Notes: generated from the letters alone by a model not told the origin. Positions 11,187 through 21,174 are shown, numbered from the stretch's first letter. The stretch: DNA of 64,000 nt from Promethearchaeota archaeon (GCA_048937405.1 JBHLNF010000012.1:22002-86001); one strand, 5' to 3'. Made by a program: numbers and translations.

Positions 11187-11375
11187 TAAAAAAAATCTTT
11201 TTCTCTGCAAATAACCACATGGTAAAGTCAAGACAAAATCAGATTTAATTTTTAATTAAAACGTAATATCTATTTTTAAAAGAAGAGAAATAAAAAACAA
11301 TATAAATATTTCCTTTAGATTAAATTTAATAATTTATTTTACAATTATAGATTTAATTATAAAAAAAAAAGTAGA

Positions 11376-11933
11376 ATGACTGAGAAGTATTCTTTCAAGG
11401 TTATCATAATTGGGCCAGGTGCAGTTGGAAAAACTAGTTTATTAAATAGGTTTGTTCATAATGAATTCTCTCTTAAATACAAATTGACGATTGGTGTAGA
11501 TTTCCTCACCAAAACTTTAGAATATGAGTCAGATAAATTTGTAAAACTCCATATATGGGATATTGGAGGACAAGAGAAATTTAAATTTCTCCATCGAAGC
11601 TTTTACGATGGTGCATTTGGAGCATTAGTTGTTTTTGATCTTACAAGACACCAGACATTCATTAGTATGAAACAATGGATTTCAGAAATGCATAGCATTA
11701 TAAGCACGGATATTCCTAGTGTAATAATAGGCAATAAAACCGATTTGTTACCTGAAACTGGTCAGATTATAGATAAAAATGAAGTGGAACAATATGCAGA
11801 AAAACAAGGATGTATTTATGTTGAAACTTCTGCTAAAACTGGAGAAAATGTTGAAAAAGCTTTTCTTGATCTTACTTATCATATGATAAAAAAAATGGGT
11901 AAAATTGTTAAAAACAGTAAAGAAAACTTATAA
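11376..11933 (+). CDS. Rab-like small GTPase
   Basis: G1 GPGAVGKTS, TIGVDF, G3 WDIGGQ, G4 NKTD, G5 SAK. Confidence 0.93.
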   Translation: MTEKYSFKVIIIGPGAVGKTSLLNRFVHNEFSLKYKLTIGVDFLTKTLEYESDKFVKLHIWDIGGQEKFKFLHRSFYDGAFGALVVFDLTRHQTFISMKQWISEMHSIISTDIPSVIIGNKTDLLPETGQIIDKNEVEQYAEKQGCIYVETSAKTGENVEKAFLDLTYHMIKKMGKIVKNSKENL

Positions 11934-12063
11934 AAATCATTAAATAAAGCAAAAATTAAAGAAATTTTTTCAATACTCTAACCACCAATTCTTTGCAAAA
12001 TTATTAAAAGATTTATTTCTATTTTCAACTTATTCTATAATTAAAAATTTTAATTATCTATAG

Positions 12064-13089
12064 GTGAGTATTTTGAATAATCCCGAAATTATCACAATCG
12101 GAAGTAATACATTAGATATTATGATTGACATAGATGATATATTAAGATTTGAATTATTTGATAAAGATATAATAAAGAAATATACAGCAATAGAATATTC
12201 TCGGAAATTAAATGTTAAAAACGTTAGATTTGTTCCAGGAGGATCGGGTGCTAATATCGCTGCAAATAGTTCTATGCTTGGATTGAATAGTACATATATT
12301 GGAGTTATGGGAAATGATTTTTCAGCAGAAATTTGTTTAAATGATTTAAAGAAAAGAAAAGTAGATTTATCTCAAATAATTCAAACTGATACTGATACTA
12401 CGGCACTATCAATAATTTTACGAACTCCATGGGGAAAAGATAGAAGTATTCTTGCATATAAAGGAGCTAATAATTTATTGAAACCATCAGATGTTAAAGA
12501 AGAATTATTTAGTCAAGTTAAAGCATTCGCTTGGACATCGTTAACTACTGATAATGCTTGTAAGGCTATTGAAAAAGCAATAACTCTTACAAAAAACAAT
12601 GGAGGGATAGTGTTTGCAGCCCCTAGTATGTCAATTATAAAAAATGCCCCAAATTGGGCAAAAATCTTGATTTCTAATTCTAATGTTGTATCAATGAACC
12701 TTGAGGAAGCCCAAGAGTTCACAGGAGAAAGTAAAAAAACACTTATGATTAAAAATTTTTTAGATATGGGGATAAAACTGATTTCTATTACTGATGGGCC
12801 TAACGGTTCAATTATATCAGATGGTAAAACTATCATTAATAGTGGTATCTACAGTACAAAAAATCAAGTTTCAGATACTACAGGGGCTGGAGATGCTTTC
12901 TTAACAGGAATTCTAGTTTCAATGTTAAATAATTTTCCTTTAGAGAAGATTTCTAAGTTAGCTACAGCAATGTCTTACTTAGAGTGTATGGAAGTAGGAG
13001 TAAGAGAAGGACTTCCACAGAGTTTACGAGAATTAGAAGATTTTGTTAATGATAATGTACTTAAACAAGTTGTTTCGGAAATTGTATAA
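12064..13089 (+). CDS. PfkB/ribokinase-family carbohydrate kinase
   Basis: PGGSGANIA and DTTGAGDAF signatures. Confidence 0.92.
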   Translation: MSILNNPEIITIGSNTLDIMIDIDDILRFELFDKDIIKKYTAIEYSRKLNVKNVRFVPGGSGANIAANSSMLGLNSTYIGVMGNDFSAEICLNDLKKRKVDLSQIIQTDTDTTALSIILRTPWGKDRSILAYKGANNLLKPSDVKEELFSQVKAFAWTSLTTDNACKAIEKAITLTKNNGGIVFAAPSMSIIKNAPNWAKILISNSNVVSMNLEEAQEFTGESKKTLMIKNFLDMGIKLISITDGPNGSIISDGKTIINSGIYSTKNQVSDTTGAGDAFLTGILVSMLNNFPLEKISKLATAMSYLECMEVGVREGLPQSLRELEDFVNDNVLKQVVSEIV

Positions 13090-13157
13090 AACTATAATTC
13101 TAATAATTAAATAATTAAATTTTAATTTTTTAATATATTCTTCTTATTACTAAATTT

Positions 13158-13260
13158 GCGCTCTTAGTATAGTGGTCAGTATGCCAGGTTGCCAATTCTC
13201 TGGTTCTAATAGACTTGAGAGGTGAACCTGGCGACCCGGGTTCAATTCCCGGAGGGCGCA
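13158..13260 (+). tRNA. tRNA-Gly(GCC) with a 31-nt intron in the anticodon loop
   Basis: Acceptor GCGCTCT/AGGGCGC-A; anticodon stem CCAGG/CCTGG, loop TT-GCC-AA; T-arm CCGGG TTCAATT CCCGG; intron about 13196-13226. Confidence 0.95.
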
Positions 13261-13550
13261 TTTCTTTCTGTATATACGTCATCCATACAGATGATATTTT
13301 TTTACCCATGAGGTAAAAAATTCCTTTCCATTAAGCACATGAACGACAGAAAACAAAAATATCATCATATATCATTCAATCTTAAAATTTTAGCTTTAAA
13401 ATGAGATATTCAGGTATAAAGGACTATGATTGTATCATTCAAGAAGGCTTGATTTAAGGATCTTCTTTTAGAAATGTGATCAGAATCTAGAATTTTGATA
13501 ACGAAATCACTAAATTATACCACAATTTTTCTTTATAAAGATCCAGGAGT

Positions 13551-13700
13551 ATGTTTGAATCGATGGAATATTGTGAACTCGATTTTTTAAATCAAGTGAA
13601 GGAAATTGATCCTCATTTCATAAAGTTATATGAAGAAGTAACTGGCCATAAAATTAAAAGAAAAAAGAGTTATCTGGATAAACAGTATTTAAATTGTTAA
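13551..13700 (+). CDS. Small hypothetical ORF (49 aa) or gene remnant
   Basis: ATG to TAA open (MFESMEYCELDFLNQVKEIDPHFIKLYEEVTGHKIKRKKSYLDKQYLNC); AGGAG only 2 nt upstream. Confidence 0.35.
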   Translation: MFESMEYCELDFLNQVKEIDPHFIKLYEEVTGHKIKRKKSYLDKQYLNC

Positions 13701-13894
13701 TAAAATCAATGAATTTGATTATTTTGAAATCTTTATTAAGGACAAAATAAAAAAAAAATTCAAGAAAAAAAATCAAATTACTGATTACAAAATCAAAAGG
13801 CTAGTTCTATCAATTAATTCCCTAGTCACTTATATACAAATGAATCTTTATGTAAATACTAGAACATAAAGTTCTATTCTGGTGGTGGAATTAT

Positions 13895-15511
13895 TTGATT
13901 AAAAATGAATTTAAATATATTCATAAAAGAACTGGAAAAATTTTATTTTGTCTTGTTATTATCGGAATAATGTGCTTTTCGGTTGTTCCATTGAATTCAC
14001 TTAATGCTAACTTGGCAAGTCAAACCGAAGTGAGTGGATTAAATACGAGTTCTACTTATTACTATAGAGATAATTATATAAACGGATTGTCTCCTGCACC
14101 TATAAGTTCATTACTTCTCGAATCTAGTGTTGGTATACCAGGCTTGGGAGAGAGTCGTCCTTATGGTTGGTCACAATATAATGATGGAATCGTCTCCTTT
14201 AGTCAAGCAGGAGCAGTTGATTGGGTAATCTCTAGGGATGTTCACTGTTTTGATAGCAAGTGGTATTTATATAAGGGTTTAGAGATCTTAGATATCACAA
14301 TTAAGCTTAGTGCAGCATTTGGGGGATATTTAGGATGGAGTCAGTTATATATTATAAATCATATAAGAAACAGTGTAGTAAAACTATTAGACTTACAAGC
14401 CGACTCACTAGAACACTATTACGAGCTATCCTTAGCGAGCTTAGTTGGTGGTAATTTAGCAGAGTACATAAGTCCATCTAATACAATAGATTTTTATTTT
14501 CGAAGTTGTTCGAATGGGTATTGGTATTGGTCTTGGATATTTCCATTATGGGCAAATGCATGGCATTTCCTTTCAATTGACTTATTCGATGTGAAAGTCC
14601 AATATAGAGGTATTGAAGATTATAATGCTCCAACCGTTGACATTACAGGAGATTTAGTTAATTTAGATGCAGTTAGAGGAGTTGTTCCCATAAGTGCTGC
14701 AGCAAGTGATAATATAGGAGTATCCCTAGTTGAATTTTATATAGATAATAATCTTATCGGTTCAGATTATGACGCACCCTATAGTTATCAATGGGATTCT
14801 AGATCCGTAAGCGAGGGTAAACATTCAGTTAAGGTAATTAGCTATGATACTTCAGGAAATAGAGGTATAGATGGATGTGAGATAACCGTTGATAATATTG
14901 CTGAAAAAATTGCTATATTTTTCTGGACAAGTGAATATGGTGATGGTATGATAAATTCTTTTATTACTGATATAACAAGGAGGGGATATACTAAATTTTT
15001 CCTATTTAAAGATTTTAAACATATTAAACAAATTAACAATCTTAAACCTGCTTTTGAGTATGTAGACGCTTATGAAGGTGAAAATGATATCATTTTTTTG
15101 TATATATGGGGACATGGAGAAGAAATAAATATACCATACTATTCACATACACTTTTATATTATGATCCTGAGGCGATTGTTAAGTATTATACTCCTTCTT
15201 GGCATGTACGTGATTGTATGGATATATTAGAAGCTAATCGAAAGTGTGTTTTAGTAGAATCTTGTGGTGCTGGTCATTATATTGATGATTTCAATGTAGC
15301 ACCTTATTTGGTGATGACTTCGACGGATTATGAAACTCTAGCTTTGGGTTTATATGATGGAGCTGTACCATTGTTTTCTCGTGAATTCTTTTATAATATT
15401 GGGACTCGTCGTGACAATGCTATAGGAGCTTTTTACCGGGCAGCCTCTACGTGCGGCCAAAATTCGCAAATCGCAGTCAATTCTGACTATATTTTCTTTC
15501 CAATAAATTAA
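13895..15511 (+). CDS. Secreted protein with Ig-like domain and C-terminal clan CD (caspase/legumain-like) peptidase domain
   Basis: N-terminal signal/TM; Ig-like ASDNIGVSLVEFYID...YDTSGN; dyad motifs FLYIWGHG and VLVESCGAG. Confidence 0.78.
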   Translation: MIKNEFKYIHKRTGKILFCLVIIGIMCFSVVPLNSLNANLASQTEVSGLNTSSTYYYRDNYINGLSPAPISSLLLESSVGIPGLGESRPYGWSQYNDGIVSFSQAGAVDWVISRDVHCFDSKWYLYKGLEILDITIKLSAAFGGYLGWSQLYIINHIRNSVVKLLDLQADSLEHYYELSLASLVGGNLAEYISPSNTIDFYFRSCSNGYWYWSWIFPLWANAWHFLSIDLFDVKVQYRGIEDYNAPTVDITGDLVNLDAVRGVVPISAAASDNIGVSLVEFYIDNNLIGSDYDAPYSYQWDSRSVSEGKHSVKVISYDTSGNRGIDGCEITVDNIAEKIAIFFWTSEYGDGMINSFITDITRRGYTKFFLFKDFKHIKQINNLKPAFEYVDAYEGENDIIFLYIWGHGEEINIPYYSHTLLYYDPEAIVKYYTPSWHVRDCMDILEANRKCVLVESCGAGHYIDDFNVAPYLVMTSTDYETLALGLYDGAVPLFSREFFYNIGTRRDNAIGAFYRAASTCGQNSQIAVNSDYIFFPIN

Positions 15512-15687
15512 ATAAGGAATAAATTTAAATTTATTCTTCTTTTTTTTCAAAATGAGAAATAGATACGTAAAATAATAGAAAAGAGAAGAAACAATTACAT
15601 AAAGAAACATCACAAAAAAAAATCTCTCTCTTTAATAAGAGGAGTGAAGAAATAAATTAATTTCTCAGAAAAATATAACAATTATTA

Positions 15688-15930
15688 TTACTTTTTAATC
15701 GTTATAGCATTTTCAGGACATATTGATACACAATTCATGCATAATGTACATGAATCAATAAATCTAACCGAAATTCTATGATTTATTTCATTTATTTTAA
15801 CTTGACTCTCAAAATCTGTCTTAAATTTTTTTTTGGGAACTCTAAGAAAAACACCTGGAATACAAACTTCTAAACATTTTAGACAACTATTGGGATCTTT
15901 GCAATTCTTAGTTTTTATTTTAATCTTCAA
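15688..15930 (-). CDS. Small 4Fe-4S ferredoxin
   Basis: CLKCLEVCIP and CTLCMNCVSICP. Confidence 0.85.
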   Translation of the reverse strand: MKIKIKTKNCKDPNSCLKCLEVCIPGVFLRVPKKKFKTDFESQVKINEINHRISVRFIDSCTLCMNCVSICPENAITIKK

Positions 15931-15934
15931 AATA

Positions 15935-16759
15935 TCACCACATTTGTTTTATTTCAGGAAAGTCATTTCTTCGTTGAAATGAAATTGCTCCTTGAGGGCA
16001 ATGAGTGCTACATAAACCGCACCCGAAACACATGTTTTTATTTATTTGAATTAATCTCTCATTTGAATTCCATTTGATTGCTCCAAATTGACAATATTGA
16101 AGACAAATAGGAACTTTTAGTTCTTCACATCCATCACATTTATTATAATCTAATATACTGATCTCATGACCTTTTACCATTCCCCTCTGAATGCCAAAAT
16201 TGAATCTTAGTTTAAAAGCAGTACAACTATTAGCATCACAATTACATACTACAACAGGATAAGGTAATTTTGCAAAAAGAACCTGATGATAATATCCACG
16301 ATTATCTGATTGTTTAATTAATTCTTTCGCTTGATCAGGTGTTATAACTTCAACTTTTTCGCTTGGTTTTAATTTTTGAAATAATTCTTTAATAGGTCCA
16401 AAATTTATACAGACGCCTTCCTTTGAACCTCTGATATTTTTTCTACACATGCAATCTAGTAAACAAAGATTATCAGCCAAATCCACAATTTTTAACGCAT
16501 CCTCTAATTTTATAACTTGACCAGAATGCTTATTAGGAATAATACGATTACCTACTTTACGAATAAATCTTCCAAGTATAGGAATTTTAGCCTTCTTAGA
16601 AAGTTTAGTCGCATAATCAAGATATTGATCAATTCCCCATCCCGTTATATCATATAAAATTTTCATTCTTTTTTTATCGTCAAGGAAACGATCTGAGTAA
16701 TTCTCAGGATTTAAATACCATCTTAATTTCCCCCCATGAGAGGCACAATAATCGCACAT
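15935..16759 (-). CDS. 4Fe-4S dicluster-domain protein
   Basis: CMCR, CNCDANSC, CFGCGLCSTHCP; 4 nt upstream of the ferredoxin gene. Confidence 0.88.
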   Translation of the reverse strand: MCDYCASHGGKLRWYLNPENYSDRFLDDKKRMKILYDITGWGIDQYLDYATKLSKKAKIPILGRFIRKVGNRIIPNKHSGQVIKLEDALKIVDLADNLCLLDCMCRKNIRGSKEGVCINFGPIKELFQKLKPSEKVEVITPDQAKELIKQSDNRGYYHQVLFAKLPYPVVVCNCDANSCTAFKLRFNFGIQRGMVKGHEISILDYNKCDGCEELKVPICLQYCQFGAIKWNSNERLIQINKNMCFGCGLCSTHCPQGAISFQRRNDFPEIKQMW

Positions 16760-16974
16760 TATAATTTGCTTTAATCAATTTTTTATAGTTGAATAATCCA
16801 AAATTGCTTTAAAAGCATTATTTTACTTTTTTGTTATTTTTTAACTAATAAAAAAAAATTCCAAACTACTAAAAGTTATAGTAATTTCCAAAATTAATTA
16901 AATTCTAAATTTAAAATTATGAAGTTATATATTGTGGATAATACTTAGGAATTATGTAGAAATATATAAAACAG

Positions 16975-16994
16975 CGTGAAATCCACATTTCACG
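16975..16994. promoter_or_regulatory. Perfect inverted repeat CGTGAAAT-N4-ATTTCACG (possible operator or hairpin)
   Basis: 8-bp perfect arms in the intergenic region about 215 nt upstream of the ferredoxin pair. Confidence 0.4.
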
Positions 16995-17139
16995 ATTGAA
17001 CATGTTAACTTATTTAAAAAGACTCTACTATCATTATCTTTTTTATTTTTTTTAATGAAATGTGAAAATTTATTGATATTAAATTGATTTCAAAAAAGTA
17101 TGTTTTTATAATCAATCCACATTTTAAAGTCTAAGGGAA

Positions 17140-17979
17140 TCACAAAAGTTTAGAAAGACCATCAATTTCGGAGATATTAATCTTAAAATAATTATATACT
17201 ACTTCTATTAAAAGGGATAAATAGGACACTTGTATTTTTTCATTATAAAAATCTAACATATGATTTATAAGCATTTTTGTTGTTATTGTTTCTCCTTCAT
17301 TTTTCTTTATGTAATCCGCAATATGTTTTGAAAATTCATATATTTTATTTATCTCATTTTTCATAATGATTAAACCAGACATCAAATCATATTCAGAAAT
17401 AAATTTATGAACTATTGCTTTCTCAATTTCTATTTTTTTAGGATTAATGATTTTATTCTTATCTCTAATAATTTCTGACTTTTTAAAGACAATAAACTCT
17501 TCATATTGGTTTTTTTTTTTATTATACTCTTCTTCAGATATAAAATCCATTTCAAATTCAAAAGACTTTTTAAAAATATATTGAAAAAAATCATTAAATT
17601 GAGCAAATAAAAATTCTTGATCTGATATTACAACAATTCTCTTTCCTAAAAAAATTGCTCTAATGATATACGCTATAAGAATTTCTGGTAGATTTAATCT
17701 AATTAAATCTAATTTTAAAGTTTCGGTTTCAGGATGACTTTCTGTTTTAGTTTCTCTATTAGATATATCTTCCTGAATTTCAACTTCAAAATCTGCAACT
17801 AAACAATTTCTTACATCAAAATTTTTATCAATATATACAATAAATGAATGTTCACATATATCCCCTCCTTCAATATTAATCGCTAAAACACCTTTAGGAA
17901 CATTTATGGGTGCGTCATCAGCAATCTCCACATCTTTCCATTTTTCACAAATTGGACAACGAATTTCAATTTTTGTCAT
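17140..17979 (-). CDS. Hypothetical protein with N-terminal Zn-finger-like motif
   Basis: CPIC...CEH motif; 279-aa ORF. Confidence 0.7.
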   Translation of the reverse strand: MTKIEIRCPICEKWKDVEIADDAPINVPKGVLAINIEGGDICEHSFIVYIDKNFDVRNCLVADFEVEIQEDISNRETKTESHPETETLKLDLIRLNLPEILIAYIIRAIFLGKRIVVISDQEFLFAQFNDFFQYIFKKSFEFEMDFISEEEYNKKKNQYEEFIVFKKSEIIRDKNKIINPKKIEIEKAIVHKFISEYDLMSGLIIMKNEINKIYEFSKHIADYIKKNEGETITTKMLINHMLDFYNEKIQVSYLSLLIEVVYNYFKINISEIDGLSKLL

Positions 17980-18123
17980 GTTAATTTAAAAAAATTATTG
18001 TAGAAAAGACACTTTGTTATTTATATAGGGAGGTTATTTAACATATATACTTTCATTTAATTTTAATATTAATGCTTAATAAATATATTTTAAATTATAG
18101 TCAAGTTAGATTATTGCTTGTTC

Positions 18124-18603
18124 TTAATATCTTTGAATACGTCCATACTTTTTTTCTATAAAATTTGCTATCAGAAGACAAGAAATTGCACTTAGTATTT
18201 CTGCAGTCAAAAATGCCATTGAATTTTGTAAGAATGTAGTACAAATAAAGAAGGTGCTGAAAAAAAATCCATTAAATATAATAAAAACTATTAGTAGTGG
18301 TTTTGTTAAAGGAAATTTCAAAAATTTATAAAGAGTTGAATCTTTTTTAACTTTTTTACCAAATCTGTTCTTTAATTTTTGTCTCCTCTCCACTTGAGCA
18401 TAACTTTCGAAAATAATGAGGCTAGCAAAGAAGATAGCAACCCAAGCTCCAATAGGAATTAAAATTAATACAACATGGTTTCCCATAGCTAAAACATATT
18501 GACCGATAAATATAAAAAATAATTGAAACATACCACTTAGAGCTAATAATATTAAAGTCTCACCAAAATACTCCTTAGATGTCCAACGAATTCTTATTGG
18601 CAT
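18124..18603 (-). CDS. Hypothetical four-TM membrane protein (start corrected to ATG 18603)
   Basis: MPIRIRW...; the longer track ORF (to 18699) runs through the tRNA-Val gene. Confidence 0.8.
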   Translation of the reverse strand: MPIRIRWTSKEYFGETLILLALSGMFQLFFIFIGQYVLAMGNHVVLILIPIGAWVAIFFASLIIFESYAQVERRQKLKNRFGKKVKKDSTLYKFLKFPLTKPLLIVFIIFNGFFFSTFFICTTFLQNSMAFLTAEILSAISCLLIANFIEKKYGRIQRY

Positions 18604-18630
18604 ATCAATCTTATTTCGTTTATTTTTTAG

Positions 18631-18720
18631 TGGGCCCGGCGCGATTTGAACGCACGACCTTCCGCACGTCAAGCGGACGTCATTTCGGGGGTGACCCATA
18701 CCGAGCTAGACCACGGGCCC
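18631..18720 (-). tRNA. tRNA-Val(GAC) with a 16-nt D-loop intron (position 21/22)
   Basis: Acceptor GGGCCCG/CGGGCCC-A; anticodon arm TCCGC TT-GAC-GT GCGGA; T-loop TTCAAAT; intron TGGGTCACCCCCGAAA (18683-18698) inside a BHB motif. Confidence 0.95.
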
Positions 18721-18861
18721 AAATTTTCTAAATTCAAATCAACTTGTATTATTTTATGGAATAAAAAATAAATATTTTATTAGTAGTCCTATAAATTTTC
18801 TTTAAATAATTAGATATAAAATCCAATTTTAATAAAATAAAAAAATATTAAGTTTAACTAT

Positions 18862-20097
18862 TTAAGCTTTTTTCTCTCGTAAAGCTCTAATCATAGGTAA
18901 ATCATTTCCGGAAAGGATTTCTAACATAGCTCCACCTGCAGTTGAGATAAAAGAAACATCATCTGCTTTTCCTGCCATTGAGGCTGCGGCACCCATTTCT
19001 CCTCCTCCTATTATCGTAAGGGCATTATTTTCTTTTGTTGCTCTTACCATAGTATTTACAATTTCATTTGTAGCTTTTCTGAAAACTTCCTTTTCAAAAA
19101 TACCTGGAGGACCATTTGCTACAATAGTTTTGCATTTCATGAGAATTTCATTAAATTTTTTTACTGTTTTCTCTCCAATATCTCCTGTTGTTGTATTATA
19201 TGACCCAGCTTCATCAATTTCTATTGCTTTTCTATTACCATTTTCTTCTATAATTAAATCTTCTGGTAAAATGATTTTATCTTTATATTTATCATATGTA
19301 TGAGTAATCATATCTTTGTTTTCTTCAAGATCTTCTGCTATTATTTTATGATTAGGTTCACCCATATTTTTTCCTAAAGCTTCAAAGATTAAAATAGCGG
19401 TCAATCCTGAACAGAGTGCATAATCCAATTTATCATTGTCAAAATTAAATTTCATAGCTTTAAATTTATCTATAGCCTTTGCTCCACCTATAAGCATTGC
19501 CATTGGTTTATCGGGATTTTGCATGATTTTCTTCAAGGCATCTAATTCTCTATCTGTTATAGGACCAGCCATCATTTTTGGCCATCCTACAATGGAAGCA
19601 TGTGCACGATGAGCTGCTCCAAAGGCATCAACAATAACATAATCCACTAATGGGAAAAGTGTCTTCACCATTTCTGTATTTTCTGCTTCAGAAAAGTCTT
19701 TATATCCTTTCATTTCCCCCTCAAATTTTCGAACATTATTAAGAACTAAAACTTCACCCGGTTTTAGGTCCTTAATCGCTTGTTGTGCTTGTTCTCCATA
19801 AATATCCTTAACAAACTTTACAGGTCGACCAAGATGTTTTTCTATCTCTCTCGCATGAATATCTAAATCTGTAAAATCTTTTTCTCCTGGACGGGATTGA
19901 TGTGCTAATATAATTACAGCACTTTTTTTGAAATATTCATTTAAAGCAGGTACGAGTGCTCGAATTCGAGGAGAATCTCTGATCTCCATTTTGTCTAAAT
20001 CAATATTTGAATTTATATCAACACGCATTAATATTTTCTTTCCCTCTAAATTCACATCTTTATATGATGTATAATCAATTTTCATAAGTTTCTTCAC
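18862..20097 (-). CDS. pgk: Phosphoglycerate kinase
   Basis: RVDIN, AHQSRPG, DAFGAAHRAHAS, ANGPPGIFE, IGGG, STAGGAMLE. Confidence 0.96.
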   Translation of the reverse strand: MKKLMKIDYTSYKDVNLEGKKILMRVDINSNIDLDKMEIRDSPRIRALVPALNEYFKKSAVIILAHQSRPGEKDFTDLDIHAREIEKHLGRPVKFVKDIYGEQAQQAIKDLKPGEVLVLNNVRKFEGEMKGYKDFSEAENTEMVKTLFPLVDYVIVDAFGAAHRAHASIVGWPKMMAGPITDRELDALKKIMQNPDKPMAMLIGGAKAIDKFKAMKFNFDNDKLDYALCSGLTAILIFEALGKNMGEPNHKIIAEDLEENKDMITHTYDKYKDKIILPEDLIIEENGNRKAIEIDEAGSYNTTTGDIGEKTVKKFNEILMKCKTIVANGPPGIFEKEVFRKATNEIVNTMVRATKENNALTIIGGGEMGAAASMAGKADDVSFISTAGGAMLEILSGNDLPMIRALREKKA

Positions 20098-20247
20098 TAT
20101 TAATTGAGATTAATATTTGATAATTTGGTAATTTATAATTATTTTGATTAGTTATTATCTTTTTTGAAATATTAGTAAAATACAAAATTTATGAAATGTT
20201 ATTTAATTTAACTCAACAAAACTATAAAATGATATGGGAAGTATCAA

Positions 20248-21027
20248 ATGAGTGAAATCAGAAAGGTTCTCCTCGAATTACTCGAAAAAAAAATAAGTGT
20301 GGATGAAGCTGAAAAATTATTAAAAGTAAATGTCATTAAAGAAATTGGAGATCTCGCTAAACTTGATATATTTCGTAAAACTAGGACTGGTGTACCAGAA
20401 GTAATTTATGCTCAAAATAAAGACACCAATATATTGATTAATATTATTTCTGGATTTATTAACAGTAAGAAATTTGCCATAATTACACGTTATAATGAAG
20501 AACAAAAAAGAATGATAGTTGAAGAATTTGGAAAAAATAAGGATATTGTAATTGAAATAAATGACCTAGGGAAAATTATAACTGTGAAAGAACAATCATT
20601 CAAATTTACTAAAAAAGAAGGTGTAGTGGGGATTATTACCGCGGGAAGTTCGGATATTCCTATTGCTATTGAAGCGGAGGTAATTGTAAAAGCCATGGGA
20701 TGTGATGTAGTCTCTAGTTATGATGTTGGGATTGCTGGTATTCATAGAATATTCGTTCCTTTAGGTGAAATGATAAAAAAAGGTGTTCATGTCATTATAG
20801 TATGTGCAGGTATGGAGGGAACACTACCCGGAGTTGTAGCATCTCTAGTGGATGTTCCAGTTATAGGTGTTCCAATCTCAAGTGGCTACGGAATAGGAGA
20901 AAAAGGAAAAGGAGCTTTAACCACGATGCTGCAATCCTGTTCTCCAGGATTATTAGTAGTAAATATAGATAATGGATTTGGTGCAGGAATTTCAGCGGCT
21001 CTGATAGCTAATAAAATTGCTGAATAA
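20248..21027 (+). CDS. larB: Nickel pincer cofactor biosynthesis protein LarB
   Basis: RTGVPEV, AGSSDIPIA, DVGIAGIHR, AGMEGTLP, VVNIDNGFGA. Confidence 0.95.
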   Translation: MSEIRKVLLELLEKKISVDEAEKLLKVNVIKEIGDLAKLDIFRKTRTGVPEVIYAQNKDTNILINIISGFINSKKFAIITRYNEEQKRMIVEEFGKNKDIVIEINDLGKIITVKEQSFKFTKKEGVVGIITAGSSDIPIAIEAEVIVKAMGCDVVSSYDVGIAGIHRIFVPLGEMIKKGVHVIIVCAGMEGTLPGVVASLVDVPVIGVPISSGYGIGEKGKGALTTMLQSCSPGLLVVNIDNGFGAGISAALIANKIAE

Positions 21028-21174
21028 TTTCTGTTAAAATATCAATTTTTTTTACTCATCAATAATTTATAAAAAAAATTGAAAAAATCCCTTTATTTGA
21101 TTTAGAAACATAAGTATAAAATTATTTAAAGATTCGAATTTAAATTTTCTGTAGTTAAAAAAAAATTAAAAAAT

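Noticed and set aside
15930-15937. Selenocysteine read-through of the TGA ending the 4Fe-4S gene, fusing it to the ferredoxin
   Set aside because: Read-through meets TAA after four codons and the ferredoxin is in another frame; no convincing SECIS was seen
13240-16800. Integrated element bounded by att sites at tRNA-Gly
   Set aside because: No second copy of the tRNA 3' end and no integrase found
18604-18699. N-terminal extension of track ORF 18124..18699 (MGHPRNDV...)
   Set aside because: It is a translation of the tRNA-Val gene; the plausible start is ATG 18603
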